Shown here piece by piece: positions 25,701 through 64,000 of a DNA stretch of 64,000 nucleotides. Numbering within the stretch: position 1 is the stretch's first letter; each line of letters starts with the position of its first letter. The translations under genes were made by a program, and so were the position numbers. The stretch lies in NCBI RefSeq assembly GCF_964204645.1, contig NC_134026.1, forward strand, positions 6,967,950 to 7,031,949, given 5' to 3'. The notes beneath the pieces are model-generated. The model worked only from the letters and a program-made list of their open reading frames with translations. It was not told the DNA's origin and ran no database searches. Source of the DNA: Tubulanus polymorphus. Taxonomy: Eukaryota > Animalia > Nemertea.

Positions 25701-26179
25701 GTAAATTCTGCACATTTATCTACTTGATTTATCAAATCGATTCAGCTAATCAATGCATTTATTTAAATGATTACTCAAATCGATTTGACTTATCAAGCTA
25801 GTGGGGCGATTTGCTTGATTTGTCAAACTGATTTTAGTAGATTTACGTGGAGAGTAAAGATGGCGGAAAAGAATCAGCAAGTCTCCCAGCACTGGTTACT
25901 AATCCGCGCGTTTATCTAACTGCATATCGATTTATCAAATCAGCGAGACAGGTGGATTTGCAAATCCAAAGCAATTTGCTTAGATAAAAACGCTTTATAA
26001 CACTGCTGACCGAATGACGATGACAGGTGTCAATATATTAAAATTGAATTGTATTTAGTGACTGACGCACTTACCCAGAAAATCAAATTGAAGAAGAATA
26101 TCGAATATTTCAGACAGGGGCTGATGTAAGAAGCTTTTATACGAGGTCGCCGTGGTACTGGTATCCCACCTGCTGCCAT
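19704..26179 (-). CDS. Tetraspanin of the TspanC8 subgroup (Tspan33/5/14/17-like, ADAM10 partner), ~290 aa
   Basis: Seven phase-0 exons: 26075-26179 (MAAGG...ISPCLKYSIFFFNLIFW), 23700-23912 (GCVGALRENICLL), 22079-22252, 21181 (or 21169)-21321 (FKCCG...YFNC...ERCGVPFSCC), 20538-20585 (MCG), 20299-20415 (IYTTGC), 19704-19778 (stop TGA). Four TM helices and eight Cys in the large extracellular loop. Confidence 0.93.
19942..20097. mobile_element. PIF/Harbinger-type MITE, family E
   Basis: TIR GGGATCATTCATTTATTACGTACGC / GCGTACGTAATAAATGAATGACTCC with TSD TGA/TGA. A near-identical copy at 57898-58066 has TSD TTA/TTA; a fragment lies at about 23082-23110. Confidence 0.8.
20722..21020. repeat. Family B dispersed repeat, inverted copy
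   Basis: Reverse-complement similarity to 45625-45970 and 5130-5460. Confidence 0.7.
21490..22040. mobile_element. Tandem MITEs of family F (GGGGCCAGTTCCATAGT...CTGTGCAACTGGCCCC) with an internal ~42-bp repeat array (CCAATCTAACAACTTAAGACCAGTCTAAG)
   Basis: Two adjacent ~140-bp copies (21491-21630, 21633-21772) followed by an expanded third. Relatives at about 4345-4485, 31228-31722, 43425-43635, 47115-47325 and 56260-56395. Confidence 0.7.
23977..24205. mobile_element. MITE with 12-bp TIR CAGGGATGAAAA, flanked by ATATAT
   Basis: ATATAT-CAGGGATGAAAA ... TTTTCATCCCTG-ATATAT seen directly. Confidence 0.65.
24212..25110 (+). mobile_element. 5'-truncated LINE reverse transcriptase fragment (pseudogenised) in tetraspanin intron 1
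   Basis: QGGILSPLLFCIYLNDL, YADD, NIDKT and KYLG RT motifs. The two ORFs (24182-24556, 24590-24967) are in the same frame, separated by a premature TAA. AATAAA and a (TAA)n tail at about 25089-25110. Confidence 0.92.
25654..25998. mobile_element. TIR element with internal ~20-bp repeats (GATTTATCAAATC)
   Basis: GCGTTTTTATCTA near the left end and TAGATAAAAACGC near the right end are inverted repeats, with repeated GATTTRTCAAATC units inside. Confidence 0.55.
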
Positions 26180-27984
26180 TCTGCGGATATTACGACCTGA
26201 TTATCACAATTCCACGCCTATTTCCTCATCAAAATGTTTACAATGTATTATTTACTTCCGCATTGCCAGTCACCGTCTAGTGCTGCCTGTTTACATATCG
26301 CTGACGGTGAATTTGTGAACTAACCTATTACTTGCGTGCCACAGTAGGAATATTGTCTACGGAGTTATAGTTCACTAGTTTACCGTTAATATTGTAAATA
26401 GGGGCAGCACTTAACGGTGATTTGAACAATACTATCAATTTTAGTCAGGAGAATAAAGTTATATCGAGCTATCTATCTATCTAACCATTCCGAAATTAGA
26501 CACATTTAGAAACTTGTAAATATTTGTTAACAAAATCATTTTCCCCTCGTACCATGGAAATGGTTGGAGAGTAATAAATTATCTTCTTATCTTGGAAATA
26601 AATATAATAATATCAGAAATTTTGAAACTAAAAAGTACTTTTTGTATAATGTTGCTTTCAATGGGTTTTACAGCATTTTGTATCACATGAGACATGGCCA
26701 TTGACGCGCCGAAGAGGACATCAAAATATATGTTCCTTATGCCTTGTGTATGTGTTTCGATAGGACAATAGTTTTGAGGTTATTTGATGTGAATCTGAGC
26801 ATGAATAGATTTAATCGTAGTATATTTGAATTTCCATAGATATTCCCAGATAAACACCCTCGTGCCGGACCACAATCTAGGATACCACTCAAAACAATCC
26901 ACTAAAGCAAATTCATTTGGTTTCGCTTTCGTAAAACATAACGAATATACGACAGTAAATTAATAGTTAAAACTTAGCATTTTATTAATCAATCATTTCA
27001 CTACAAATCATATACACTACACTGATAAACATACAGTATTTTAAACCACTGATTTCATAGTAGTTCGTTTCTAATGTGAGAAGCCTAGCCGCCTGTACGG
27101 CTTGTAAATGGTGTGTAAATACATTGTATACATTCAGCATCAGAGTTTCATCAACAAAGCAAAATATATTCATATTTATACATAATCCATTTATGACTAA
27201 GTTGGCCCGACACAATTTAGATTCCTCCTTCGCTTGACTTCCGTTTTGTTGAATAATGTTATAGTTAAAGTACTTCCTCATAGAGGAAGTTAACAGTTGA
27301 TTCTATTCTAAAAGATGACAAAGGGCGTTAATAAATTTAATGTATGGATATTTTTGCTGAATTTCCAGCAGCCCCTCCAATCAAACATCCCCTCCCATAT
27401 GTTTGTACTTAATCAATGACCACATGAGACACCTAGCATGACCAGGCTCGGGTCAAGCAGCAAAGTTTAAATTCTTCTATTTTCGGTGCAGTGAAACTCG
27501 AGCTTAAGTCGTCATATTTGAGACTTACACTGGGCTTCAAAAATAGAGACGACCTTCAGTTATGCGATGACTTAAAATCCATATGACGACTTAAGTTTCA
27601 CTGCGTGATAAAACATGAAGTCATAAATCTAAACTATAGAGTTCAACATTCTGTCACATGTTAGGCCCCAAGATTTAACATTCCTTCACAAATTTTGTCT
27701 GAAATTTGTATAAAAAGAAGATGAAGTAGAATCTTGTGTCGAGCCAATTTAGAAATCACATTCAATAGAAATAGTATATGTAGTTTACAATATTAAATAA
27801 AATCAGGAATTTTCGCACTTTTTTCCTGCAAAATTTTAATTACAACCAGTTTTTTTTCGTAATAATAATTATAACTATGATTATTTACAAAGCCGAGAGA
27901 TTTTCAATAATCAATCAATATGATTCGAGTATTTCATAATTTTAAATTTATAAAATCAATAATTACATTTAACACATAATGCAA

Positions 27985-28260
27985 GAGATTGAGAGGAGAG
28001 TGAGAGGGAGGGGAATGATGGAGAGAGTGAGATGAGGGAGTGAGAGGGAGATGGATGGAGAGACTGAGAGGGAGGCGGATAGGGAAGTGAGAGGGGAGGG
28101 CGTAGATAGGGTAGTGAGGATTAAGAAGGGAGGGAGATAGGGAGGAGACTGAGAGGGAGGCAGAAAGGGGAGTGAGGGGAGAGAGTAAATAGACAGAGAA
28201 AAGAGGGAGGACTAAGAGGGAGGGTAGGGGGAGAAGAAAAGAGGGAAATAGGGCGAAGAT
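27985..28260. repeat. Polypurine (GA-rich) low-complexity tract
   Basis: Seen directly. Similar tracts at 41720-41820, 47968-48060 and 54465-54740 (CT-rich). Confidence 0.8.
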
Positions 28261-30460
28261 GACGTGTGAGTGACGTGAATGCGTTGTCTATATTTGTTAA
28301 AATGTGAATCCAATGATTAAAAGCTCATTTAAACGACTCCAGTTTAGACAGCACTACCTCCTCTAATAAACACGCAAATATCGTTTCCATTTCAATTAAA
28401 CACGCATTGAAACAAACTAAGCAAAATTCAGAGTAAAATCGCTTGAATTATCAATAGTATTTTTTACACCAATCGAATACAAAAAATATGGCTATGAATT
28501 TAAACGGTGAAATATTATCATATTACAACAATGCTGACAGTTTCTATCATTCAATTACGCATCATTTATTGCACATGGTGCAATTTATCCAAAAGAAAAA
28601 AAAAAAAAAACAAAGAGATAACGTGAATACATTATCATTTTTTCACAACGTAGCTTTTCCATTTTTATCACACATTGAACGCGTGCCACAACAATATTAT
28701 CCACACCACAGTCCGCGCTGATTTAATGCCCAATTTTAGTGTTCCTCAAATGCTTCGCTTCTATTCTAAGTCCAGCGTACAAATAGACAGTCCCCATGAC
28801 GACGACGACATTTGTTGCCTACAACTTTAGAGGAAAACAAATACTGCAGTTTTAAACACGTTTTTCAGTCACCCCAAAGGGGTACCCCTCCCTGTGAGTA
28901 CCCTCCACTCAATCCCCTCGACGGACATCCCCATCAATCTGCCTCTGTATCAAATAATGCCCTTCCATCATGTGGAAAATATGAAGAATCAAATAAATCT
29001 ATTTAATTGTGAAAAATAAATGCAAAATTTCTTCATAATCTAATACGTACACCTATTTGACTTCTAAACCCTACATGTTCGACATACGGAAAGCAAGATA
29101 GCCCCCAGGCAGCCATATCAATATGCACTTATTGAACTCCCAGACACAAATGTATATCTCAATAGAACCGGTAAATTTGAGACAGTTTCATCCAACAAAA
29201 TAAATTAAAATCTCTAAAATCGTTTATTTCACATTCGCTGAATCATTATAATCATTCTTATTTCTATCAATTATATTAGTTTAGTTTATTATATACACTA
29301 CTTATTGACTACTATTCTCAATCATAAATAGTTGTTACTCTATTAGTATTCCAGTAGGTGGCGCCCCAACCTATACTTCTCTCCTATTCGGCCCGATATT
29401 CTCGGTTCATCCTCCCTCAGTCTCAGAGAGACAAAGAGAATTTAGACAGACTACGCGTGTCTAGGAGTTCGATAAAATGAAATATTATACATATGATTGT
29501 GAATAGTTGCATGCTGCAGCCACTAGGGGTCACTGCGGCGGAAGGAATAAAATCAACAGCAATTTGAGGAACACAATTCTAATGCAGGGGGAAGAAACAA
29601 AAAATAGAGATGCATTTTAAAACCAAATCGCGTGTTTACATGATTACACACAGAAAACATCGTACAACAAATCGAGAAGTTTTCGAATCGGTTTTAGACA
29701 TGCGGTAAAAACTGAATAACAATATAAACATGTAGAGATAGAGAGAGAGCAGTTTCAGTTGACTGAACTCCGCAGAAACCCGGCTCTAAACAATTGTCTG
29801 ATTCAAATATTTAGTCAATAACTGTTTAATAAGTTTCACGATTATCAGACATCTGAAAGTCGTGAATAGACCATTCAATTTAAGGATCCTTTAAATAATC
29901 TAAATCCAAATTTCCTTGTAGTTAATTTTCACATTTCTCTTTCAATTATCTCTTTTATCAAATTTTACTCATAGCCGTAGAACTGGGTTTCAGGAATTCT
30001 ACTGCTGGATCCAGTTCAATAGTTCTCACAGTAACTGATAAGTTTGACTCCTAGGGTGGATTAAGGAGGGGGTCTCAGGGTTCCAGACCCCTACCTTCCA
30101 AATGAAGTTGCCCTTTTCATCAATACATATCGCAAAAACCTGCAAAATCTGAAAATCATCCTTATACCATGGAGGGCCTATGACATAACTGTGTAATCTG
30201 AAAAAATTCCCTTTCTTTTCTTCTGGATCCCTGCCTTACAAATTTGCTAGATCCGCCCTGGACTCTCGAGTCAAAGTTGGTTAAGACTCTAGTCTTAACT
30301 TCATACCCGAGAACTATGTACCTGGATCCAAGTCGATGAAGACTTTTTCCTCAGTTTACAAGCATCAAGCAAAATGCAACAAATTTCATTAACAGAGGAC
30401 AGAAAATCATAGATATTTCTGGCACTGCGCAGAAGGCTATAGAAATTACATTGCACATAA

Positions 30461-30680
30461 GGCTAACAAAAATTGATACCTTGTTTCTCCGCTCTGCTGA
30501 GCTTAAACGTTGACCCGGCCGGCCGCCTATCTACCCTATACATTACTTTTTTAAAAATCATGATCAATTTTACCATAACAGACCCGGCCGCTATAGAAAT
30601 GAACTGTTTATAAATTTTATCATATTTTACAAAAATGACCCGGCCGCTGCAGAGAAACAAGGTATCATTTTTGTTTAGCC
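30461..30680. mobile_element. PIF/Harbinger MITE, family D, second copy
   Basis: Inverted relative to 18044-18256; TSD TAA/TAA. Confidence 0.75.
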
Positions 30681-31294
30681 TAAAATACAAGCAAATAGCA
30701 ACATCTCAGATGTTTCATGGATCAATACAGTTTTAAACTGATTGAATGGACCCAGTTCGACAGTTGGGAGTTAAAATTTGATTCAAAGTTATCGCACTGA
30801 AAATCAACTAATTTCAACTCAAGAGTTAACTCTAAAACTCACAAACTGTCGAACTGGATCCTGATTAAAAGTTCGATTGAGGCAAAGATATAGAAATATT
30901 TTGTCGAATTTGCAAATGGTTAATCATCGTAATTGAGAACATTGTAGAAGGGGATACAAACAGAATTAAACGGTTAACAGGCTCTGGTCGATCAAAACAC
31001 GATTCTATTCAGACACAAACGTGATGAAACTACATTCAGTAATACTCAGCGAGACCAGCTGAACTCGGATCAGATTCACACGATTCATGGAAACAAAACT
31101 AATTTTGAAATGAATCCGTGTTCAGTGGCATCTGCTATCAGTACTGTTGACTCCATCCATCCTGCGAGACAGAGTCTACTATATCATATAAACTCTTACT
31201 CGGTATTTGGCCCCAAATTTAAGACCAGGGGCCAGTTTCACAATCATAGCTTCGATTTCAGACAAATAACAGACAAAATTAATCTAACAACTTA

Positions 31295-31656
31295 CATGGT
31301 TCCCACAGTTACATGAATTAAAAATTCCCAATTTTTCCCAAGCACACATGTGTTTCATGGGTGATTTTTCAATTTTGCCAAACGGAAAATGGGGCCTTCG
31401 TAAAAATGAGCAGATGCCATCATACTACAAATACGATAGGATACCATCGTACCATACTACAGTCGACATTTTAGTGGTGACTGGTTGATAGAGGCGATTT
31501 TCACGAAAAACTGCTGAAGAAAATTGCCATTGGCAATGCAAATGAATTTCTCCAATATTTCCCTGATAAGAGAAAAATTTCGCAAATTCCCAAATATTTC
31601 CAAACAATTCAAAATCCCCAAGTTTTTTCCTATTTCACGGTACTATGGGAACCATG
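31295..31656. mobile_element. TIR element nested inside a family F MITE
   Basis: CATGGTTCCCACAGTTACATGAA / TTCACGGTACTATGGGAACCATG inverted ends with flanks AACTTA / AACTCA. The host element continues on both sides (31228-31722). Confidence 0.65.
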
Positions 31657-31862
31657 AACTCAAGACCGGTCTCAAGATTTAAGACGACTTTTGGACTTAG
31701 TTACGACTGTGTAAACTGGGCCCTGGTTTCGTACAAAAACGTATCTACTGAAACTAAACGTATTCGAAAAAAAAAAATAACAGAATTCTCGACGGTAGGT
31801 TAAAATTACAGAAAATCGCTGCGCAGAAGGAGTAGTAGTAGCAGCAGCAGGCGTGGACAAAT

Positions 31863-60006
<28,144 letters not shown>

Positions 60007-60052
60007 CTGTAAAATGTACCACAAACATCATCATCATAATCACAGCAGTCTA

Positions 60053-60190
60053 CAGTAGAATCCGCTTAATTCGGATAATTTCGGACCAACAAAATTCATC
60101 CAGTTTACAGGAAATCCAGATTCAAATGCACTGCAATCGAGATTAGACCAAAATTCGGTTCAAGCGATCCGGATTAAGCGGATTTGACTG
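60053..60190. mobile_element. Tc1/mariner-type MITE (TA-CAGT...ACTG-TA)
   Basis: TACAGTAGAATCCGCTTAATTCGGAT / ATCCGGATTAAGCGGATTTGACTGTA. Similar TA-flanked CAGT...ACTG elements at about 35190-35302 and 62522-62771, with relatives at 34863-35113, 27490-27602 and 46389-46630. Confidence 0.7.
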
Positions 60191-61510
60191 TAGAAATATA
60201 ACTCATACATCCGAGGAGACCTCGGACCTGTTTTATGAGTTCAGTCAAAATGCATTAATCTACTGATGAATAGCAAACTAATGATTGGCTTAAAACGAGA
60301 CAAAATACTACTGCAAGAAAAATTAATAAGGATAAAAATCAACACAAGCAAAAAACTAGGTGAGATGGCCTTTTGAGGTAACACGTTTCTTGTACCTTCA
60401 CCAGTCGTGAAAACCACGAAATACATATTAAAATCTGTATCAATAAATGATTACCTAGTTCTACAGTTGCCGGTGAAGTTTGACTATAATAAAGTTAGAG
60501 TTAGTTTAATTCTAATGTCTCAACTATAGGATGAGTGGAACTAATCTAGAACCTGTGTCTTATTTGGACAGGACAATATCTGCCCGCCTTGACACTTTTA
60601 TATGCCCTCTTGACTTTTCCCCGACATGCATGTTGTTTTCCCTGACCCGATCTGCTAAGAATCCAATCATTTAACACAGTCAAATACGTAAGACATAGAC
60701 GGGAGTTGTTTGATTTTATGCGCGATCTAGCAATCTCAACAAATTTCCCTGACTTTATGCTCGTTTACAAAATTCCCTCAATTTTTCAAAGAAAAGAAAA
60801 TTCCCCGACTTCCCCTGATTTCCAGGTATGTGGCCACCCTGCTTGAGTGTTAGATAGGATAGGATAGGATCAGTAAATGTTTAATCTCTGATTTTCTGTA
60901 AATCCTAAAGTTAGCTACACACCATGAACCTACAACAACGTTTTACGTTTGGTAATTTTGGTTTCATGGATATTCATTTCATGTTATTTCACACATCGTA
61001 ACTACAGTTTTGAATACAGAATTCAATTCGAACAAATGAAACTTTTCAGCTATTTTCAGTTTTGTATACAACCACTTTTTAGGTCAATATCTGCGGAAAT
61101 TCATTTGTCACAATTTGTCTAAATTCTACGAACATTATCAGATTTTCAACACGCGAGCATCAATAGCATAAATTAATGTATCGTGCTCGCGCGATAAAAA
61201 TATAATGCAATACCAAACATTTATGAATTTAAATCCAATGGACGCGAATTACTGCTTTATGAAGCGTAATATAATTCATGATTCAACTAGTGTATAGATT
61301 TCATTGTCGAACAAAAGATAGATAGGCGAGAACCGCAGTAGAAAGGAGAGAGGGAGAGCGGACCTTGATATATCAATCCATAGCGGGTAGCCGGTTGGCC
61401 GCCCGAAACTTATAAAGATTGAGTCGACTAGCAGAGAGGATAGGGAGAGCAGATTTCGAAGAATTTCAGTCCGGAGGCCGAGACAGAGAAAGAGACGGAG
61501 AGACAAAGAG

Positions 61511-62502
61511 ATGAATTCAACCACGATGAAATTGCAGTTCGATCGTCCGCACGCCAGTTACATCACTCTCAGATCATTGGAGAACATGACGTACGGAATT
61601 CGAATGTTCTCTCTGGTAGCGTTCGTTATTCTGTACGGTTTCGGTTTTTTCGGAAACGTCGCCAGTTTTCTGGTAATGATCAGCAACAAGTTCCGTTGTT
61701 TCTCCTACGCCAACTATATCGTCGTTCTATCGGTGAGCGATTTACTCTACTGTACCGGCGCGACTATCCTCCCGGTCGCGCGTTACGCCGCCGTTCGAAT
61801 CGCAGACGATCCCGTTTACATACTAGATTCGAACCTGAGCTGTCGGATGTATCAGTTCGTTTTCACGATCGCCGGTTCGACCAGCTCGTGGTTGATAGTG
61901 GCGATATCGATCGAACGACTTTCGGTCGTCTGGTTCCCGTTCACGGCGCCGTCGGTCTGCACGTCGAGATTCGCTCGAATCACGACGCTCCTGATACTGA
62001 TAACGAACGCCGGCGTGTTCTATTTCCTGTTCGATATTTCGAAGATCAGTTTTCGATAGATTTGGACGGATGTTTTTACGAGCCGGACACCGATGTGGAC
62101 GGCTTAAATATTAATTACGTAATATACGTTTTCATCGTTCCGTTAGTTCTGATAATATCAAGTAATTCGATGATAATTTTCCGGTTGTTCCGTGGAAATA
62201 AAGTGATTTCATCCAGTAATAAATCTAGCGCGAAGTCGCTTCGCACGACCGTGATGCTAGTTACCGTTTCGCTAGTATTCGCTGCCTGTACTGGTCCTAT
62301 AACTGTAGTTACGCTGTTGCCTATTTCATCAGCTTTGTTTCAAATTGTTAACCTCACTTTCGTATCTCAGATACTGATTTGTAATTACGTAGTGAATTTC
62401 TATATCTATATTTTGATCGGTAGCGAAATTCGTACGTTTTTCTGCGACAAAGTATTGTCGTTTTTCGGAAAAATTTCGACTGCCGCTACACTGAGAACGT
62501 AA
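61511..62502 (+). pseudogene. Intronless class A (rhodopsin-family) peptide-receptor-like GPCR with a 1-nt frameshift, nested antisense in an NF1 intron
   Basis: ORF 61511-62059 encodes TM1-4 (N-terminal NST/NMT sequons, GFFGN, LSVSDLL, C at the top of TM3, SWLIVAISIERLSVVWFPF). The -1 frame (ORF ending 62502) encodes the ECL2 Cys, TM5 (FIVPLVLI), TM6 (TTVMLVTVSLVFAACTGP) and TM7 (NYVVNFYIYILIGSEIR). The break lies at about 62025-62056 and may be an assembly error in an intact gene. Confidence 0.82.
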
Positions 62503-64000
62503 TATGGAAAATAATTAACTACAGTAGAACTCAGTCGAAGTCGTCATTGGATAAGTCATAACAACCTAACTGAAGTCATCTGTATTTTTGAGTCCCAATC
62601 TGTATTTCCAATTTAATTGACGAAGTATTAGTCATCATTTGGATAAGTCGTCATATTACTGAAGTCATCTCCATTCTTGAGTCCCCGTATGTATTTCCAA
62701 TTTAATTGACATTGTTAGTCATCAACATAATGATCATGATAACCATGACGACTTCTGAGGTAGTTTCACTGTAATCGTTAAACGCACATTTGAAATTCTT
62801 TTCATTAGGCCTATCCTAATCACGGGGAACTCAACTGCACAAAAGATTCATCCAAAAAAATACAATTTCCAGACGGATGAGTACCAGGTATATGTATCCG
62901 AAAATATGGAAGAACTGGTATCAGGACAATTGCCCCCCCCCCCCCAAATTAAATCTTTTTAGTCTTAAAGTAACACAGATATTTACTTCAAATCAATTAG
63001 ACAAAGTGAACTAATTCTAGCTAATTAATTTCTCTAAGACTGTTTTAAAGTTTTTGATTGGCTTAAGTAACACTAAACCTAATTCCAATAAATCAGTCAA
63101 CATTAACTAATGCACTAATAAGTGGACTTATTAAGTTTCCTTTAATTTGGTAAGTAAATTATAATTACAAAAGGACAGATTTAAAGTTTTTGATCTGCAC
63201 ACAACATCAGTAATTCTATATCTTATAAATCTATATTCAAAAATATACAAATGAATTTCTAAGTAAAGTATTTAGGTGGTGTTAATCCAAATCAAAAAGG
63301 ATTTTATTCAGGGGGAGGGGGGGACATTGTACGGGGGGCAATTGTCCTAGAATCGGAAGAACTAATGTAAAAATTTGAAGGTTTTGATTGTTATTTGTCT
63401 CGACAACAACAACCTCAGTGGGAAGGCAGACAGGGGTCCGGACCATCGAAAAATACCCCCTACATCCCCTGACTACTGAGTAAATATTGCCATAAATCAT
63501 GATTCATAAAATATTTGTTAGTTCAGACGGATAAAGTCTTTTAAATGATTTTCATCATTTAAACGTGAGGATTGAATAATGAAACATGTAATGGACCCAG
63601 TTCCACAGTTAACATTAGACTTTAAAGTAACAAATGAACTAACACCAGATTCAAATACAGTAGGACTGGGTCCAGGACTCGAACTTATCAGGGTGGCCAC
63701 TTTTATTTAATAATAATCTATTTTTCATTAAACTATAAGGGAATACATGTACAAGTCATAATGATGACAATAGTGATAATGAAGACAAATGAAGGAAGCA
63801 GCGAAAGCCTAGAGGCTGTACAGGTCACTGCACATAAATATTTGACTTGCTTTTCCATCCGACTTTTCCCTGACATGCATGTTGTTTTCCCTGACTTGAT
63901 CCGCTAAGAATCCAATCAATTAACACAGTCGAATACGTAAGGCACAGACTGACATCGTTTGATTTTACATGCATCTAGCGATCTTAACTAATTTCCCTGG

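Noticed and set aside
61696-62020. N-terminal Arg-rich part of the 268-aa ORF as a separate protein
   Set aside because: It is the alternative frame of the GPCR TM2-TM4 coding sequence; only the part after about 62030 is real GPCR sequence.

Overview
AT-rich, intron-rich eukaryotic DNA from a bilaterian invertebrate; the gene style suggests a lophotrochozoan, but that is inference. From left to right: (1) the 5' part of a minus-strand gene for a secreted EGF/VWA mosaic protein (15 exons visible, running off the left edge), interleaved with four tRNA-Glu copies (two intact TTC, one atypical CTC, one deleted pseudogene) and a TIR element whose interior is about 1.3 kb of pure (CA)n; (2) a plus-strand PAN/apple-mucin-C-type lectin gene and a convergent small secreted PAN-domain gene; (3) a complete 7-exon TspanC8 tetraspanin with a truncated LINE in intron 1; (4) the 3' two-thirds of neurofibromin (NF1; 35 phase-consistent exons, about 1,936 aa, covering the GRD, Sec14-PH and C-terminal regions); (5) an intronless class A GPCR with a one-base frameshift, nested antisense in an NF1 intron. 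Introns are dense with several MITE families and minisatellites. The most interesting signals are candidate 3-, 33- and 60-nt in-frame microexons with neural splicing motifs in the 6.6-kb NF1 intron, the nested GPCR, the TIR-packaged giant microsatellite, and systematic loss of the MIDAS Asp in the VWA domains. All exon boundaries were read by eye and no database searches were run.
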